A stretch of 59,656 bases of DNA, the filler included, from Sanchytrium tribonematis (lineage: Eukaryota), in NCBI GenBank assembly GCA_018985235.1. It is 5 parts of 5 records of this genome, joined end to end, with 100 filler letters (N's around TTAATTAATTAA, not from the genome) between each part and the next. Parts side by side here need not be neighbours in the genome. Positions count along the whole stretch, not along the records: positions 45,870 to 52,719 come from JADGIG010000489.1; positions 52,820 to 59,656 come from JADGIG010000490.1; 3 more parts are not named here. One strand, 5' to 3'. Positions 46,619-57,443 of the stretch are shown here, one piece after another. The translations under genes and the position numbers were made by a program. Position 1 is the first letter of the stretch. Every line of letters starts with the position of its first letter. Under the pieces are notes generated by a model, which saw nothing but the letters and a program-made list of their open reading frames with translations, was not told the origin of the DNA and ran no database searches.

Positions 46619-47854
46619 TTACTGAAGAGCCTCATCAATAATCTGAACTGCAGATTTAATTTCATCTTCTTTAATTAGTAATGGAGGTGCAAATCGAATG
46701 ATACTAGACTTAGTAGGTCTAGTGATAAGTCCCAATTTTTTTAACTTTATGCAAAAATTCCAGGCGTCTATATCTGGCTGCAATTCTATAGCGTTCAGTA
46801 AGCCCTGTCCCCTAATATCTACTATTTTGTCGCTTTTAATTTTTTTTAATAGAGATCTAAAAAATTCGCCCATTTGTAATGCATTTTCACTCAAATTCTC
46901 ATTGATAACAACATCGAGGGCAGCCATACTTACGCGACAACCTAAAGGGTTTCCCCCAAATGTACTTCCATGAGTTCCAGGTGTAATTACGCTCATTACT
47001 TCATCGTCGCCAAGAACTGCTGACACAGGTACCACCCCACCATTAAGGGACTTTCCAAGTAATACCATGTCTGCTTTTATATTATCGTGGTCAATGCAAA
47101 GCATCTTGCCCGTACGTCCGATTCCTGTTTGTATTTCGTCTGCAATAAATAAAATATTGTATTTCGTGCATAATTCATTCGCTTTTTGCAAATATCCTTT
47201 AGGAGGTACAATAATTCCCCCTTCACCTTGTATCGGCTCCACGATAAATGCTGCGGCTGTTTTTTGATGTTCTCTGAAGCATTTTTCCAAGTCACCAATA
47301 TTTCCGTATCTGACTGGGGAGTTTGTGACAGGGCAGACTGCATTCACATTTGGATGCAGCGGCCCAAAATGCGTCGTTGCTAGTGGGTCGGTAGATAATG
47401 AAATTGATCCAATTGTCCTTCCATGAAAATTGTTTGTCGCTCCAATAATCAAGGCTTTGTTATTTGGTACCTTTTTCTTTTCATAAGCCCATTTACGTGA
47501 TATTTTGATGGCAGTTTCTACAGCTTCAGTTCCCGTATTTGTAGGCAGCACTTTCTCATAACCAAAAATTTCACTCAATTTTTTTTCGTAAGGACCCAGC
47601 TGATCATTATGAAAAGCTCTACTGGTCAGTGTTAGTTTTTCAATTTGGTCCTTTACTGCTGCAATTATTTTGGGATGACAGTGTCCTTGATTAACAGAAC
47701 CGATTCCAGACAAGAAATCAAAATATTCCTTGCCGTCTGTGTCATACACGTAAATGCCTTTACCTTTGGAAAGCATTACCGGAAGTGGTTTGTAGTTATT
47801 TGCACCATATTTGGCTTCCAATTGAAATAAATGAGAGGCTTTTTGTCGCAGCAT
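46619..47854 (-). CDS. OAT: Ornithine aminotransferase
   Basis: NQGHCHPKI, FHGRT, EPIQGEGG, DEIQTGIGRTG, LGKSL, HGSTFGGNPL. Confidence 0.95.
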   Translation of the reverse strand: MLRQKASHLFQLEAKYGANNYKPLPVMLSKGKGIYVYDTDGKEYFDFLSGIGSVNQGHCHPKIIAAVKDQIEKLTLTSRAFHNDQLGPYEKKLSEIFGYEKVLPTNTGTEAVETAIKISRKWAYEKKKVPNNKALIIGATNNFHGRTIGSISLSTDPLATTHFGPLHPNVNAVCPVTNSPVRYGNIGDLEKCFREHQKTAAAFIVEPIQGEGGIIVPPKGYLQKANELCTKYNILFIADEIQTGIGRTGKMLCIDHDNIKADMVLLGKSLNGGVVPVSAVLGDDEVMSVITPGTHGSTFGGNPLGCRVSMAALDVVINENLSENALQMGEFFRSLLKKIKSDKIVDIRGQGLLNAIELQPDIDAWNFCIKLKKLGLITRPTKSSIIRFAPPLLIKEDEIKSAVQIIDEALQ

Positions 47855-48383
47855 GTTTTAAAATATGTTAGACAGGAAAGGTAATTTAGTGCATTTTAGA
47901 TGCTACAAGGATCTGGGTACGTGAGAATTAAAAAAAATTTATGTTGCGCCAACAATGTACAGCTGTCAATTTACCCATGCTTCTAGCGCTGCCGAAAAAT
48001 CCGTTATATTTTTCAAGCTATAATTTGATTTCCGAACTGATTGGCTGAGAGCACGTGTTATTTTGACATATCCTATTTTATGAAAGAGTTTCAGAAGCTT
48101 AAAGGAAGCGTTTAATTTGTTAAAATGGTAAGATTCGTGCTGGATTATCACATAGATCATCTGTTAACTACTGATGATAACCGCTCCTAGATGACACAAC
48201 TCCCTAATTTAGAATCGTTAATCTTTATTTTATCAAAAAGTAAAATCTTGATATGTACAAACTCTAGCAGTGAAATATCACTTTAAGTAATTTGTATGTG
48301 ATATTTTAGAGTTATTTCGGATCTTGGCTATTCTTAAGTTTTTTAAATAAAACTTCCTTACCAAATGTTAAAAATATTTCAAT

Positions 48384-49115
48384 TTATTGCTCCTTTGGCA
48401 TTGCATTTAATATGTGGTCAATAACATCCGTTACACCTACTGAGTCCTTCAAATTTGTGACTTGAACAGGCCCATTATCTCTCATGACCAGTGCGTCTTG
48501 AACCATCCTTTTTAAATCACACTGAACATACTCAGCAATATCCGACTTATTTATCACAAGAAGATCAGACTCGCATATACCTGGACCTCCTTTTCTAGGT
48601 ATTTTATCACCACCACTTGTATCGATCACGTAAATAATAAAATCTGCTAGTCTACGCGAGAAACTTGCCGCTAAGTTGTCACCACCACTTTCGATTAATA
48701 ACAGCTGCAGCTTGAATTTCTTTGACAAATCTTCTGCAACTGTCAGATTCATAGTAATGTCTTCACGTATAGCAGCATGAGGGCAGCTACCTGTTTGAAC
48801 AGCAACAATTTTGTCTTTATCTAAAGCCATATGTTTTTGTAAAAACTCACCATCTTCTTGAGTGAAAATGTCATTTGTAATTACTGCCATATTGATGTCA
48901 TCTTTTAGTGTTTGACACAATCGCAACGCTAAAGCTGTTTTTCCACTTCCGACTGGTCCTGCAATTCCTACAGTGAATGCTCTTTCAGAATAATCTCTGT
49001 CAATTGGTTTTGGTCTTGTGGTATATTGGCCACGGGTTAGCAAATCATGCGAGTGAGTATGCTCGTGCGAATGTTGGTCGTGATTTGTTGCTTGGACAGA
49101 AAATGGTACTTGCAT
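48384..49115 (-). CDS. ureG: Urease accessory GTPase UreG (eukaryotic, His-rich N-terminus)
   Basis: GPVGSGKT, CPH, ESGGDNL, GGDKIPRKGGPG. Confidence 0.96.
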   Translation of the reverse strand: MQVPFSVQATNHDQHSHEHTHSHDLLTRGQYTTRPKPIDRDYSERAFTVGIAGPVGSGKTALALRLCQTLKDDINMAVITNDIFTQEDGEFLQKHMALDKDKIVAVQTGSCPHAAIREDITMNLTVAEDLSKKFKLQLLLIESGGDNLAASFSRRLADFIIYVIDTSGGDKIPRKGGPGICESDLLVINKSDIAEYVQCDLKRMVQDALVMRDNGPVQVTNLKDSVGVTDVIDHILNAMPKEQ

Positions 49116-49363
49116 TCTTAAGGGGAATTTTTTTATAAAAAATTAAACGATTAAACCGATAATATTTTCAATCTCATAAATTAAAAATAATTTTGAGTAT
49201 CTATATGAGGATCTCACCCCGATTGAAAGACAGTTACCCAAATTTTTTTGCCATGAATAACGCTTTACTGCGGACAAATTCTACCATGCTCAAGGGCTTG
49301 AAATATTTTAGATATTTTTTGCCGATATAAAACAAGTCACTATAAAAAGGTCACTATATCAAT

Positions 49364-52300
49364 ATGATAATCAACTTAACATCAATAATATTTCTAACGA
49401 TTCTATTATACATCATTACTCAAAAAAGTCCACAAGACAGTGCTTATTATGCAGAGGGGAAAACAAGTAATCTAGATCGTAAAACAACAAAATTCAAATA
49501 TGTTTACGCAATATTACTATTTATAATCTCAGCACTAGAATTTTCAAAAATGAATAGGGCAAATATTTTATTAGGATTTATAGTATTAACATTGAGTTTG
49601 ATTATACTTTTTTACCAATTTGCATCTCATAAAGTAGGAACCCTATTTTTAGCATCAGTAATTCTCATTTTACAGAGTGCATATACCATATTCTGTAATA
49701 AGTCGGTTGGCTATTTGAGACCAATACAATTCACAGAATTTGCAATATCATGTATTTTTGGCGTTTTTTCAATTCAACATTGGTGCTTTTATGGGCATAA
49801 ATACTCAACAGTAGACAATAGCAGCCTTCAAGAAAAACCCATGCGGGAGCTTGATGCTAGCATATTTGAATTAGCTACATTTAAGTGGTGTTCGCCACTT
49901 TTGGAAGCTGGTTATAATAATTCATTGAACATGGAGGATATTTGGGACTTGAATCCTGCAGATAAAGCTGAAACCAATGCAAATATTTATAAATCAATCA
50001 AAATATATTACCCTGATACTAGGTTTGTTTTCAAATTATATCATTCTGTCAAATATATTTTAATTGAGCATGTTGCTTTTGCCATTTGTGGTGCTTTATT
50101 AACATTCAGTGGACCGTTTTTCTTGAATAGAATATTAAATTACTTGCAAAGTCCTAATTCATTGCCATGGCAATCTCCCTATATTTATTTGATTTTTATG
50201 TTCTCCTTAGCAATATTTAAAAGCGCACTAGATGGTCGTGCGTACTTTTTGGGTAGGCGGATCGGAATTCGAATACATGCGATTTTAATTGGTGAAATTT
50301 ATGAAAAAGCACTCAGAAATAAATCCACTCAGGTGCACTGCGAGAATGCAAATGGCAGCGAAATTGAACTAACTCCTGGTGAAGTTATTAATTTAATGTC
50401 TATAGACGCTCAAAAATGTTCAGACTATGCGTGTTATTTGCGAAAGCTAATCACAACACCAATGCAAATTGTAATTTGTACAATTGCGCTATTTACATAT
50501 TTGGGATGGCCTGGATTATGTGGGATTTTACTCATGTGTATTATAATTCCTTTTCAAAAATGGCTTGCGCGAATCTTAAAATATCAGCAACAACATCTGA
50601 TGAAAAAAACAGACAGCAGAATTACCAAAATGAATGAAATATTGCAAAGTATCAGAATCATCAAATTTTTTGCCTGGGAAAAGAAATTCGAAAAATCTCT
50701 GCTTGAGACAAGAGAAGATGAGTTGAATTGTTTAAGAAATTTCTTGCTGACTGTTGCATTAATGACAATAACGTACCATGCGATTCCTATTTTGGTCAGT
50801 TTGTTAACTTTTGTGACATATGCGAAGCTTGTTGGAGGTATATTAACCGCAACAAATGTTTTTACCACAATTTCTTTATTCTATACGCTACGAATGCCAT
50901 TTTACGATTTTCCAGACCAATTTGTAAAATTTTTCGAGACTAAAGTGAGTGTTGAAAGGATATCAAAATTTCTTGAACAAAATTCGCCGCAAGAACAATT
51001 TGGAGAAGATTACATCGGATTTCAAGATGCTTCCTTTAGCTGGCAAAATGGAATGTCGCAAGATAATACTGGATTTGCACTAAGCAATTTAAATATCAAA
51101 TTTCCTAAAAACAAACTCACTGTAATTATAGGTCCTACTGGTTCGGGAAAGTCTTCTTTACTTAATGCTCTGCTTGGAGAAATGTGCATATTGAGAGGCG
51201 AGTATTCCCTTTCCAAAACATCTGAAGGAGTTGCATATGTTCCTCAACAGGCCTGGTTGATAAATGCTTCCGTTAAAGACAATATCACCTTTAAAAATGA
51301 TTACAACGATGACAAATACAAAAAGACTTTGCACGACTGTGCCCTTATTAAAGATTTGAAAATACTGAAAGGCGGCGACAGCACCGAAATAGGAGAAAAG
51401 GGTATAAATCTATCTGGAGGTAAAATTATTTTACTTAGGTCAAAAGCAAAGAATAGCATTGGCAAGAGCTCAGTATAGCGATAAAAGAGTAGTGCTGTTA
51501 GACGATGTCTTGCGTGCAGTAGATCCCCCAACTCAAAAACATTTATTCAATAATTGTATTATGAATGGATTAGCGCATAGAACCAGAATTTTGATAACTC
51601 ACTCTGTGTCGTTGGTTTTGCCTAAAGCAGACCATATAATTGTGATGAGAGATGGGGAAGTGTTTGCTCAAGGCAATCTTGAAAAAATTAGAGACGCACT
51701 AAGCACTGAGGATCTCAAGCTATATGAGATACCTTCCACAGATTTATCAACAAACATGGATTTGAAATTTTCTAAACCAGATCAAGACAAAATTTGTTCT
51801 CTGAAAGAAAATAATATTAATTTTAAATTAATACAAGAAGAGGAAAAAGCAACTGGCGAACTGAAATGGAGCGTCTATTTATATTACTTATCGGTGTCTG
51901 GTGGATTTATCGTTTGGGTCTGTCTCGTTTTGGGAAATTTACTATCTCAATTAATGAATATCGGGCAAGACTATTGGCTTAAAAGGTGGGCCACAGCGTA
52001 CATATCAGTTAATTCATTTAATGATGATGGTTTAGAAGAGAAGAACACTGTGGATGTCGACTTTTATATGATTAGCTATATTGCAATAGGACTCGGGAAT
52101 ATTTTAGTTCAACTACTTTTTTTGGTAATACAATTTTTTGCTTCCATTAAAGCTTCTAGAGAAATACACAAAGTCCTTTTACAGCGAATTTTACGAGCCC
52201 CTGTGTCATTTTTTGACAAAACACCGCTGGGTAGAATTATTAATCGATTTTCGAGCGATATTCAGGTTGTAGATAGGGAAATAAGTTCTGTCTTAAGCAA

Positions 52301-52719
52301 CTATTTATACGATGGAATTGGTGCAATTAGCATTTTGTTTTTAATAAGTTCAATTACTCCTTTATTTTTAATTGCTGTGATTCCAATAATATTTATGTTT
52401 TACCATGTCTCATCTTATTATCTGAAGACATCCAGGGAACTTAAGAGATTAGACAGTATCACCAAATCACCAATCTATGCTCAATTTAGTGAAACGCTCG
52501 CAGGATCTCATGTTATTCGAGCATTCCAAGTGGAGTCAGAATTTATTGCACAAAATTATATCAAAATTGATACAAACCATCGCGCGTACTTTTATTTGTG
52601 GGTTTGCAATAGATGGTTACAAATAAGGACTGATTTTCTCGGTGCTGTTGTTGTTCTTTGTACGGGGCTAGCAATTTTATTGAGCAGTGGGGAAATTGAT
52701 GCTGGTTTAGAAAATTTCA
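49364..52719 (+). CDS. ABCC (Ybt1/Bpt1-like) transporter, 3' truncated; exons 49364-51419 and 51439-52719
   Basis: TMD0+TMD1, GPTGSGKSS, spliced GINLSGGQKQRIALAR, FFDKTPLGRIINRFS. Confidence 0.92.
51420..51438 (+). other. 19-nt intron GTAAAATTATTTTACTTAG
   Basis: Interrupts the LSGGQ signature; removal restores it exactly. Confidence 0.95.
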
Positions 52720-52819
52720 NNNNNNNNNNNNNNNNNNNNNNNNNNNNNNNNNNNNNNNNNNNNTTAATTAATTAANNNNNNNNNNNNNNNNNNNNNNNNN
52801 NNNNNNNNNNNNNNNNNNN
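52720..52819. other. Artificial contig linker
   Basis: 44N-TTAATTAATTAA-44N. Confidence 0.98.
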
Positions 52820-52894
52820 GAAATATATGCACTTGAAATATATGCACTTGACGAATATGCACTTGAAATATATGCACTTGACGAATATGCACTT
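52820..52894 (+). repeat. 15-bp tandem repeat x5 (GAAATATATGCACTT / GACGAATATGCACTT)
   Basis: Unit order A-A-B-A-B at the contig edge. Confidence 0.9.
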
Positions 52895-53017
52895 GAAAAA
52901 TGTGAGCTCAAAAAGTAAAATATTATTTCAGAAAAAATTCTGCAAAAATTTCTATTAAACGAAAAAATATTTTTGAGAAACTTGAAAAATTACGACTCCT
53001 TGAAACAAATATTATAT

Positions 53018-53038
53018 AAACCCCAAACCCCAAACCCC
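53018..53038 (+). repeat. (AAACCCC)3 telomere-like repeat
   Basis: Direct reading. Confidence 0.7.
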
Positions 53039-53040
53039 AT

Positions 53041-53589
53041 TTATTGAAATAGCATAAATAAGGTCATAATCAATTGTAATCCGATTTCCAAGATAGACCC
53101 TCCGCTATTTTTCTTATTTGGTACACTGGTCTGCAATGTATCGTTTCCTAATGCCACATGAAATCCAATTTTATCATCGTGCTCATTAATAGCATATCTC
53201 ACATCTCCACTGTTTATATTCCCTTTCCAATAAGCACCCATAAATGCATTTTCAACATTCTTTGTAAATCCACCCTTCAAATCCATTGGTCTTTTAATCA
53301 CAGCATGAAAACCATTGTTTAAAATTGTCTGATTTACAATCTCATATTTCTGTAATTGATAAACAGGTCTTTTAAATCCACTTGCAATTCTAGAACTAGT
53401 GATTAGTTTTCCATTATATTTCCATAAAATTAATACATCTCCCTCCATGGAGGAACCCACTCCAAATCCAACCCATCCATTGATTTGACTTGATATTTGA
53501 ATGTATAATTCATTATTATTAGTAGATAATGTCCAACAGACTGATTTTAAACAGGTTTTAGCATGTAGAAATAAAAGAAATAAAAACAT
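53041..53589 (-). CDS. DOMON domain protein, secreted/GPI-like
   Basis: Signal peptide, GWVGFGVGSSMEGDV, distal H, hydrophobic tail. Confidence 0.8.
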   Translation of the reverse strand: MFLFLLFLHAKTCLKSVCWTLSTNNNELYIQISSQINGWVGFGVGSSMEGDVLILWKYNGKLITSSRIASGFKRPVYQLQKYEIVNQTILNNGFHAVIKRPMDLKGGFTKNVENAFMGAYWKGNINSGDVRYAINEHDDKIGFHVALGNDTLQTSVPNKKNSGGSILEIGLQLIMTLFMLFQ

Positions 53590-53813
53590 GACGACGTCGT
53601 TGAATCAAAATAAATCAAATCCCGAATTATTGACCACGTGCTTGGTCATTCATGACGTTTTAAAACGACGGTATCGTAGTTGGTTGCTGAAATTGCAACA
53701 ATTAAGAAATTCTCCTTTTCATTCAAGTGGGTGACGTCACAAATGCCAATGGTTAGTCATTTTCCATCTGCCATCTGCAGCACCATGTGGCGAAGTGAAA
53801 CAATTAGTAGTTG

Positions 53814-54587
53814 ATGCTGTCTACCATCATTATCGCCAGCTTATCCAGTTTAATCAACGTATGCGGCATCCTTTATACCATTTATTTCTTAAAAATAACA
53901 AAACCCATTAAATTAGCCATTTTCATATTTACTTGTGCCATACTCACACATTTCTCACTAGAATTGATTAATATATCCAAATTAATGGCACTCTTAACTG
54001 GTGGCGTATATAATATTGTGTTTATTGGCACTTATATCGCATATCGAGAGAGAATAAAAGCATTAGGGATGAGTATTGACAAATTAGAAGATATATTAGT
54101 AAGATACACCATACCATTCTATTTATTCGTTGCATTTGGTGTCAATTTAGCAGGATTATTCAGATTTTTAGAAATATTTGGAGATTTGTATGTGATTTTG
54201 GCGACAATATTTTTAGTATTTTCATTAATATACGAATGCATGCTATTTTATATACTGATACGGAAGATTGACTACTATTTTGAGTATCGAATCACATTAC
54301 GGCACTTGCTTATTCAGAAATCTGTGATTTTATTTGTTATTTTAATGTTGATTTGTTTGGCGACTTTGATACTGAATATTATATTTGGAAGTGGCCCCTT
54401 TCAGCTTATTGAAGGACATTTAAGGACATTGACATACACACTACGCGTTATTGTAATTATGATATTTTACAAAGATGTCAAGGAGAAATTTGATGCTTTG
54501 AATGCCAGAAGTTATTACTCCGACTCAAAAATCAAATTGAGTACTGTAGACTTGAGTGAGCATAATGAAATGAATGAAGATGAATAA
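53814..54587 (+). CDS. Multi-pass (about 7 TM) membrane protein
   Basis: Six to seven hydrophobic segments. Confidence 0.65.
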   Translation: MLSTIIIASLSSLINVCGILYTIYFLKITKPIKLAIFIFTCAILTHFSLELINISKLMALLTGGVYNIVFIGTYIAYRERIKALGMSIDKLEDILVRYTIPFYLFVAFGVNLAGLFRFLEIFGDLYVILATIFLVFSLIYECMLFYILIRKIDYYFEYRITLRHLLIQKSVILFVILMLICLATLILNIIFGSGPFQLIEGHLRTLTYTLRVIVIMIFYKDVKEKFDALNARSYYSDSKIKLSTVDLSEHNEMNEDE

Positions 54588-54697
54588 AAGCAATTGAAAC
54601 TAAATTTTGAAATGGTCTCAGAATTTTTATTGAGCCAATAAAAATTGATCTTGTGATGTCTGTGCGTGTATATAAGCCATTTGACGCCCCATATCGA

Positions 54698-55267
54698 ATG
54701 TTATTACGTGTAGTATTCTTGATTACTTGTATATTCGCTCAAGTATCTACAGATTGTGCAGCAGTTGTCTCCATGGCGCAACAAGCTCATTTTGATATTG
54801 CTCAACCAGATGAATATGTTAAATTATCAAACAACTGTTGTACTTCCCGTACAATTGAGTGCGATGCAGTTCCATTACGTGTGATGATGATCAATTGGAA
54901 AGGACTTGGACTCAGTGGAAGTATTTCAAACGCTGTTTTACCTGATTTGTTGGAAATTTTTGATATTTCTAATAACAAATTAACAGGTAATTTACCAGCA
55001 CTTCCAGCTAACATGATCTTTTTCTGGGCAAGCAACAATTTACTAACTGGATCAATCAGCTATATTCCACCAAGAATGTACTATTTTTATGTAGATTCAA
55101 ATCAATTCACTGGAAGCATCAGTTTTCAAAAACCAATTAAATTAGACATTCACAACAACCAATTTTCATCATTGTTCATCAATAACACTAGAATTTTAGT
55201 GAGTTGTGGTATTTCTACGAATAGTATTTCTCAAGTGAATGCCAATTTGTACCCAATTTGTCAATAA
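54698..55267 (+). CDS. Secreted leucine-rich repeat protein
   Basis: Signal peptide, Cys cap, xNNxLTG repeats. Confidence 0.85.
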   Translation: MLLRVVFLITCIFAQVSTDCAAVVSMAQQAHFDIAQPDEYVKLSNNCCTSRTIECDAVPLRVMMINWKGLGLSGSISNAVLPDLLEIFDISNNKLTGNLPALPANMIFFWASNNLLTGSISYIPPRMYYFYVDSNQFTGSISFQKPIKLDIHNNQFSSLFINNTRILVSCGISTNSISQVNANLYPICQ

Positions 55268-55359
55268 ATCAAATAAAATATTAAAATGCAACATCTTTTT
55301 CATCTTTAATTTTTAAAATTTTGAAAAATTTACAAATCTTCCTCCTCGTTTGAAGTAAA

Positions 55360-55809
55360 ATGACAGATAGTGATCTGCAGCAACTATTAGATGGCGTATT
55401 AGATGAATTCGAAAGTACCAATACAAATACAACAACGAAAAATGAACAATCTTCTCAGAAATCTATCTCTAATATTATTGATGAATCGACTACAAAAATG
55501 AATGACGATCCATTATTAGATGAATTATCAGAGATGTTTGCCAATGAACAACTTGCAGATGGTTTAGAAGATCTGATGAAGCATTTACTGACCAAGGATA
55601 TGCTTTATGAGCCACTGGAGGCTTTGAAAGAGAAATATACTGATTTAAATGACGACAAATACAAAGAACAATTAAGATTAGTCAAGGAAATGTTGCATGC
55701 TTTTGATCATGGTCAAGATGATAAAATACCAAAATTGATTGAAGAAATGCAACAACATGAAATGCCTCCTGAATTTAATGATTTTAGCGACGGATGTCCG
55801 ATGCAATAA
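55360..55809 (+). CDS. PEX19: Peroxin Pex19 (compact)
   Basis: LQQLLDGVLDEF, LLTKDMLYEPL, MQQHEMPP, CaaX CPMQ. Confidence 0.9.
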   Translation: MTDSDLQQLLDGVLDEFESTNTNTTTKNEQSSQKSISNIIDESTTKMNDDPLLDELSEMFANEQLADGLEDLMKHLLTKDMLYEPLEALKEKYTDLNDDKYKEQLRLVKEMLHAFDHGQDDKIPKLIEEMQQHEMPPEFNDFSDGCPMQ

Positions 55810-55823
55810 ATGAAATAGATTTA

Positions 55824-56114
55824 TTAAACTGTTTGTCCTTCAGATCTACCTGGTTCTTTTGCATCAATTAGCATTTCTTGACACAAATCGTGTGCTTTAT
55901 GCAAATATTCTGCCAATTCTCCTTGACCAGATGGAAATTCCCCATTTTTCTCAAATCCGCCTTCTTTATATTCCTCATCAACTTTATGCAATAAATTTTG
56001 GATCTTACCGACTTCTTTCGTTGTATATAATCCATCCTTGCGCAATGTCGTGATTTCATTCATGCATTTCTCTACTCTGTGGTATAATGGTTGCAATTGT
56101 TTGTCAACTGTCAT
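55824..56114 (-). CDS. Cub1/DUF2408-like single-repeat protein
   Basis: LQPLYHRV...IQNLLHKVD...GEFPSGQGEL pattern. Confidence 0.55.
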   Translation of the reverse strand: MTVDKQLQPLYHRVEKCMNEITTLRKDGLYTTKEVGKIQNLLHKVDEEYKEGGFEKNGEFPSGQGELAEYLHKAHDLCQEMLIDAKEPGRSEGQTV

Positions 56115-56306
56115 GGGAATGTGATGCGTGATCCTTTAAAACGACCATCTAATTTTTAGACAGTTAAAAAGAGGCCGTTCTATTTTGGCGTCACTCAAAA
56201 TGGACACGTGATCCCCGTGTCATTTGAAATTGTCAATGACCAATCACGAGTTTGTCATGAGAAATTTGCGTCCATATATAAATAAATGGGATTTGCAACA
56301 TTGTAA

Positions 56307-57419
56307 ATGGATTTCACCATTGCTTTATTTTTATTCATCCACATTATTACATTCACTTCTTTAATGCTTTATTTTATGAACAGAGAAGTAAAATTGATAA
56401 AACAGACTCAACCCATCTTAACGTGCGTATTTATCATCTTTATCTGGCTATTCATGACATTAATATTGATTCGAGACTATGATTTAAACCCATTTCCAGT
56501 CATTCATTGCTTTATTCAACCCTATATTCTATTTTCCATGATTTATCGCATTTATACCCACATTAAAAAGCATTCTTGGGATATTAAGATGCAACAAGCT
56601 CATAATACACCATTTCATTACAAATTACATCAATATTTCCATCAATATTGGCTAAAATCAAAAAAATCAAGAAAATCCACATTTAGTGAAATTACCGTCA
56701 GAACATTCAATAATCAGCCAAATGCTGTCATGAAATGGACATGGGTCATCAACTGCATTATAATTGTAATCGCATCTGTTCTAATGACCATATTTTACGT
56801 CTATAATGTCCAATATTTACTATTTTGTGACTTGCTTTTATTTTCCACCCTATTTATAATAAATTTACTGGGCTGGCTCATATTGCCACGCCCATCACAG
56901 TTGGAATGCATATTACAAAGCTGTTTGAGCATGGGAATGATAATTTGGATGTCGTGCATGGAATATCAATTGGCGCAATATCTGTTTTATGGCATGATGT
57001 GTGTGTTTTTCTATCTACATTTACCATTAATGAATGCATGCTGCCACACTAAGCGCATTGGAAAAACAGGGGTCACCCAAACAACTTTACATGAAATTTT
57101 AGAATGTCCAGAAACGTATGAAGTCTTTAGATATTCAGTATGCATGGATTTCTGTAAGGAGAATATCATGTTTTTAGAAGGACTACAACGGTTAAAATAT
57201 CTGGAAAATGATGACGAATATTTGGCAGCAAAGCATCTCGTGAATTTATACATTTCATACAACTCTGAATTAGAATTAAATTTGCCAAATGAAATCAAAT
57301 TAAAGATATTACAAAGCCATCATCGTAATTATGGAGTGTTTGTGGAAGCAGAACAACATGTCAAGCAATTATTAATCCATAATAATTTGCCAAAATTCCT
57401 GGCCAAGGTTAATAAATAA
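56307..57419 (+). CDS. Multi-TM protein with C-terminal RGS domain
   Basis: About 7 TM segments; FCKENIMFL...YISYNSELELNLP...VFVEA. Confidence 0.85.
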   Translation: MDFTIALFLFIHIITFTSLMLYFMNREVKLIKQTQPILTCVFIIFIWLFMTLILIRDYDLNPFPVIHCFIQPYILFSMIYRIYTHIKKHSWDIKMQQAHNTPFHYKLHQYFHQYWLKSKKSRKSTFSEITVRTFNNQPNAVMKWTWVINCIIIVIASVLMTIFYVYNVQYLLFCDLLLFSTLFIINLLGWLILPRPSQLECILQSCLSMGMIIWMSCMEYQLAQYLFYGMMCVFFYLHLPLMNACCHTKRIGKTGVTQTTLHEILECPETYEVFRYSVCMDFCKENIMFLEGLQRLKYLENDDEYLAAKHLVNLYISYNSELELNLPNEIKLKILQSHHRNYGVFVEAEQHVKQLLIHNNLPKFLAKVNK

Positions 57420-57443
57420 TATCAGATATATCATATATATTTA

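Noticed and set aside
48384..49115. UreG as a bacterial contaminant or HGT
   Set aside because: The His-rich N-terminus is the eukaryotic form, there is no urease operon, and the same contig has an intron-containing ABCC gene.
52820..52894. CRISPR-like array
   Set aside because: Contiguous 15-bp units with no unique spacers and no cas genes; eukaryotic context.
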